64,000 bases of DNA from an uncultured cyanobacterium (GTDB lineage: Bacteria > Cyanobacteriota > Cyanobacteriia > Cyanobacteriales > Nostocaceae), in the NCBI GenBank assembly GCA_963740315.1, contig CAVUDP010000002.1, positions 1,600,001-1,664,000 of the forward strand. Reading direction: 5' to 3'. The notes under the pieces are model-generated. The model searched no databases and had not been told where the DNA came from. It saw nothing but the letters and a program-made list of their open reading frames with translations. Numbering within the stretch: the first letter of the stretch is position 1; the number at the start of each line of letters is the position of its first letter. Positions 62,263 through 64,000 of this stretch are shown piece after piece. Made by a program: the position numbers and the translations under genes.

Positions 62263-63300
62263 ATGACTTTTAAGTACAATGTATTATCAATTGATGGTGG
62301 CGGTATTCGCGGCATTATCCCGGCATTAGTTCTTAAAGAAATCGAAAGACGCACCCAAAAGCGAATTTGGCAATTGTTTGATTTAATTGCTGGAACCTCA
62401 ACTGGAGGTTTTTTAGCGATGATTTTAGCTATGCCGAATCCTGAGAATAAAACTGTTGCTCGGTATGAAATGGAAGATATCATTAATATGTATCGAGACG
62501 ATGGAAAAAATATCTTTCACGAACCGTTTTTAGAAAGCTTAACAGATGTTGATGATTTATTAAGACCAAAGTATCCTTCTGAAGGTAGAGAAAGAGTTGC
62601 CAAGAAATATTTTCAAGATACCCTTCTTAAGGATGCATTAACAAATATTTTTATCACGAGTTACGATATACAGCTACGAATACCCGTATTTTTTATCAAC
62701 AATCCTACATTCCAAAGACATTCGGGAGCTAGTTTTCGCAAGCTTTGTAACGATTACAAAATGATAGAAGCATCAATGGCAACAACTGCTGCTCCAACTT
62801 TTTTTAAACCTTCTAAATTAGAAATGCGCGGTTGCGATAATAATATCAATGATGATTACGCTTTAGTAGATGGTGCAGTTTTTGCGAATAATCCTACAGC
62901 CTTAGCAATTGTAGAAGCTATTATATACACTCAAAATAAAGGCGAACAAGTAAGTTTAGAAGATATCTTAGTCGCTTCCTTGGGTACGGGTTCTCTAACT
63001 CGAAAATTCCCTTACGAACAAGCTGCTAATTGGGGTAAACTACAGTGGATACAGCCATTAATTAATATTTTTCTTGATGGTGCCAGTGAAGTAGCAAATT
63101 ATCAGTTAAGACAGTTGCTACCCGATGCTCGAAATAACAGTAAACAGTATTATCGCTTCCAAAAAGAATTGACTGAAGCAAACGATGATTTGGATAATAC
63201 TACCGAAGAAAATATGGAATTACTCGAAAAAGCTGCACATACAATTATTCAAGAGCAAAGTAGGGAACTTGATAAATTCTGCGAGCAACTTTTAGCTTAA
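62263..63300 (+). CDS. Patatin-like phospholipase
   Basis: DGGGIRG, GTSTG, AAPTFF and VDGAVFANNP. Confidence 0.95.
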   Translation: MTFKYNVLSIDGGGIRGIIPALVLKEIERRTQKRIWQLFDLIAGTSTGGFLAMILAMPNPENKTVARYEMEDIINMYRDDGKNIFHEPFLESLTDVDDLLRPKYPSEGRERVAKKYFQDTLLKDALTNIFITSYDIQLRIPVFFINNPTFQRHSGASFRKLCNDYKMIEASMATTAAPTFFKPSKLEMRGCDNNINDDYALVDGAVFANNPTALAIVEAIIYTQNKGEQVSLEDILVASLGTGSLTRKFPYEQAANWGKLQWIQPLINIFLDGASEVANYQLRQLLPDARNNSKQYYRFQKELTEANDDLDNTTEENMELLEKAAHTIIQEQSRELDKFCEQLLA

Positions 63301-63332
63301 GGAATTTTGTTGAATTTTCTGAAGGGGTGTTG

Positions 63333-63365
63333 AGAAACCCGGTTTTTTGGAAAAACCGGGTTTGT
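63333..63365. repeat. Palindromic repeat AAACCCGGTTTTT..AAAAACCGGGTTT
   Basis: Related copies at about 12032-12058, 56581-56606 and a half copy at 59819-59833. Confidence 0.8.
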
Positions 63366-63602
63366 GAATTTGTTGATTATTTATAAATAAAAATGTATGT
63401 ATTCCCTATTCCCTTAATCGCTTCTAACACTCAAGACATATCTCTTTAGACTGAGATACTTTTACGAATAAATTCCTTTTGGGTGAAGGATTTTAACAAT
63501 AAACAACGTTAACCTACAGCAGATAAGTGCAGCTACTGTTCCTAACCGAGACGGTAATAAGCTTTATCTATATATACAAATTAACCTTGCCGTTGTCAGC
63601 TG

Positions 63603-64000
63603 ATGAAATTAGAAAGTGATAGCTTTTCTGCTGATGGATTAATTCCACCAGAATATACCTGCGATGGTGAAGCAATTTCCCCGTCTTTAAAATGGGACGA
63701 ACCTCCCCGTGAAACCCAGAGTCTGGCGTTAATTGTTGACGATCCAGATGCTCCTGGTAAAACTTTTGTTCACTGGGTTCTTTACGATATACCAGTGCAA
63801 ACTCGTTATATTCCCCAAGGAATTGCAGCCGACGCAATGTTAGACGGTAGCGGTATTCATGGTACAAACGACTACGAACAGTTCGGTTATGGACCTCCAT
63901 GTCCTCCCGACGGTACCCATCGTTATTACTTCAAGCTGTATGCTTTAGATATATCTTTAGGTTTAGCCGCAGGTGCGAGTAAAAAAGATGTAGAAGCAGC
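63603..64000 (+). CDS. YbhB/YbcL (PEBP/Raf-kinase-inhibitor-like) protein, 3'-truncated by the window edge
   Basis: Manual translation MKLESDSF...YTCDG..ISP.L.W...LIVDDPDAP...FVHWV...GYGPPCPP.GTHRYYFKLYALD; absent from the ORF track. Confidence 0.93.
   Translation, partial: MKLESDSFSADGLIPPEYTCDGEAISPSLKWDEPPRETQSLALIVDDPDAPGKTFVHWVLYDIPVQTRYIPQGIAADAMLDGSGIHGTNDYEQFGYGPPCPPDGTHRYYFKLYALDISLGLAAGASKKDVEA

Noticed and set aside
62263..63300. Patatin as a CBASS effector
   Set aside because: No CD-NTase or other CBASS gene is adjacent; the neighbours are pdhC and a PEBP gene.
63568..63900. 110-aa minus-strand ORF
   Set aside because: Antisense to the clear YbhB/YbcL gene on the plus strand.

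Overview
AT-rich chromosomal window from a filamentous, probably heterocyst-forming cyanobacterium. This is inferred from abundant HIP1 GCGATCGC octamers, 7-8 nt STRR tandem repeats and genes such as curT, clpR-clpP, nucA/nuiA, COP23 and aas. Housekeeping genes (speD, pgk, hemW, clpR/clpP, an M50 protease, a carotenoid oxygenase, aas, pdhC) alternate with accessory blocks. The accessory blocks are three paralogous secreted TPR genes, a CoiA-like nuclease, a four-helix-bundle gene between inverted G-rich tracts, a PARIS-like ATPase/TOPRIM pair, a sigma-like/DUF1822/CHAT-STAND-WD40 module and a trypsin-protease/COP23/TPR cluster. The most striking direct observation is an identical 24-nt element, built from two GNA-triloop mini-hairpins, inserted in frame five times into HIP1 sites of one TPR gene, while the paralogues keep empty sites. 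Many other small mobile repeats (nested SDRs, REP/REPIN-like units, MITEs) occur, several of them translated in frame inside proteins. No rRNA, tRNA, CRISPR array, transposase or reverse transcriptase was recognised. All product calls come from motif recognition by eye; no searches were run.
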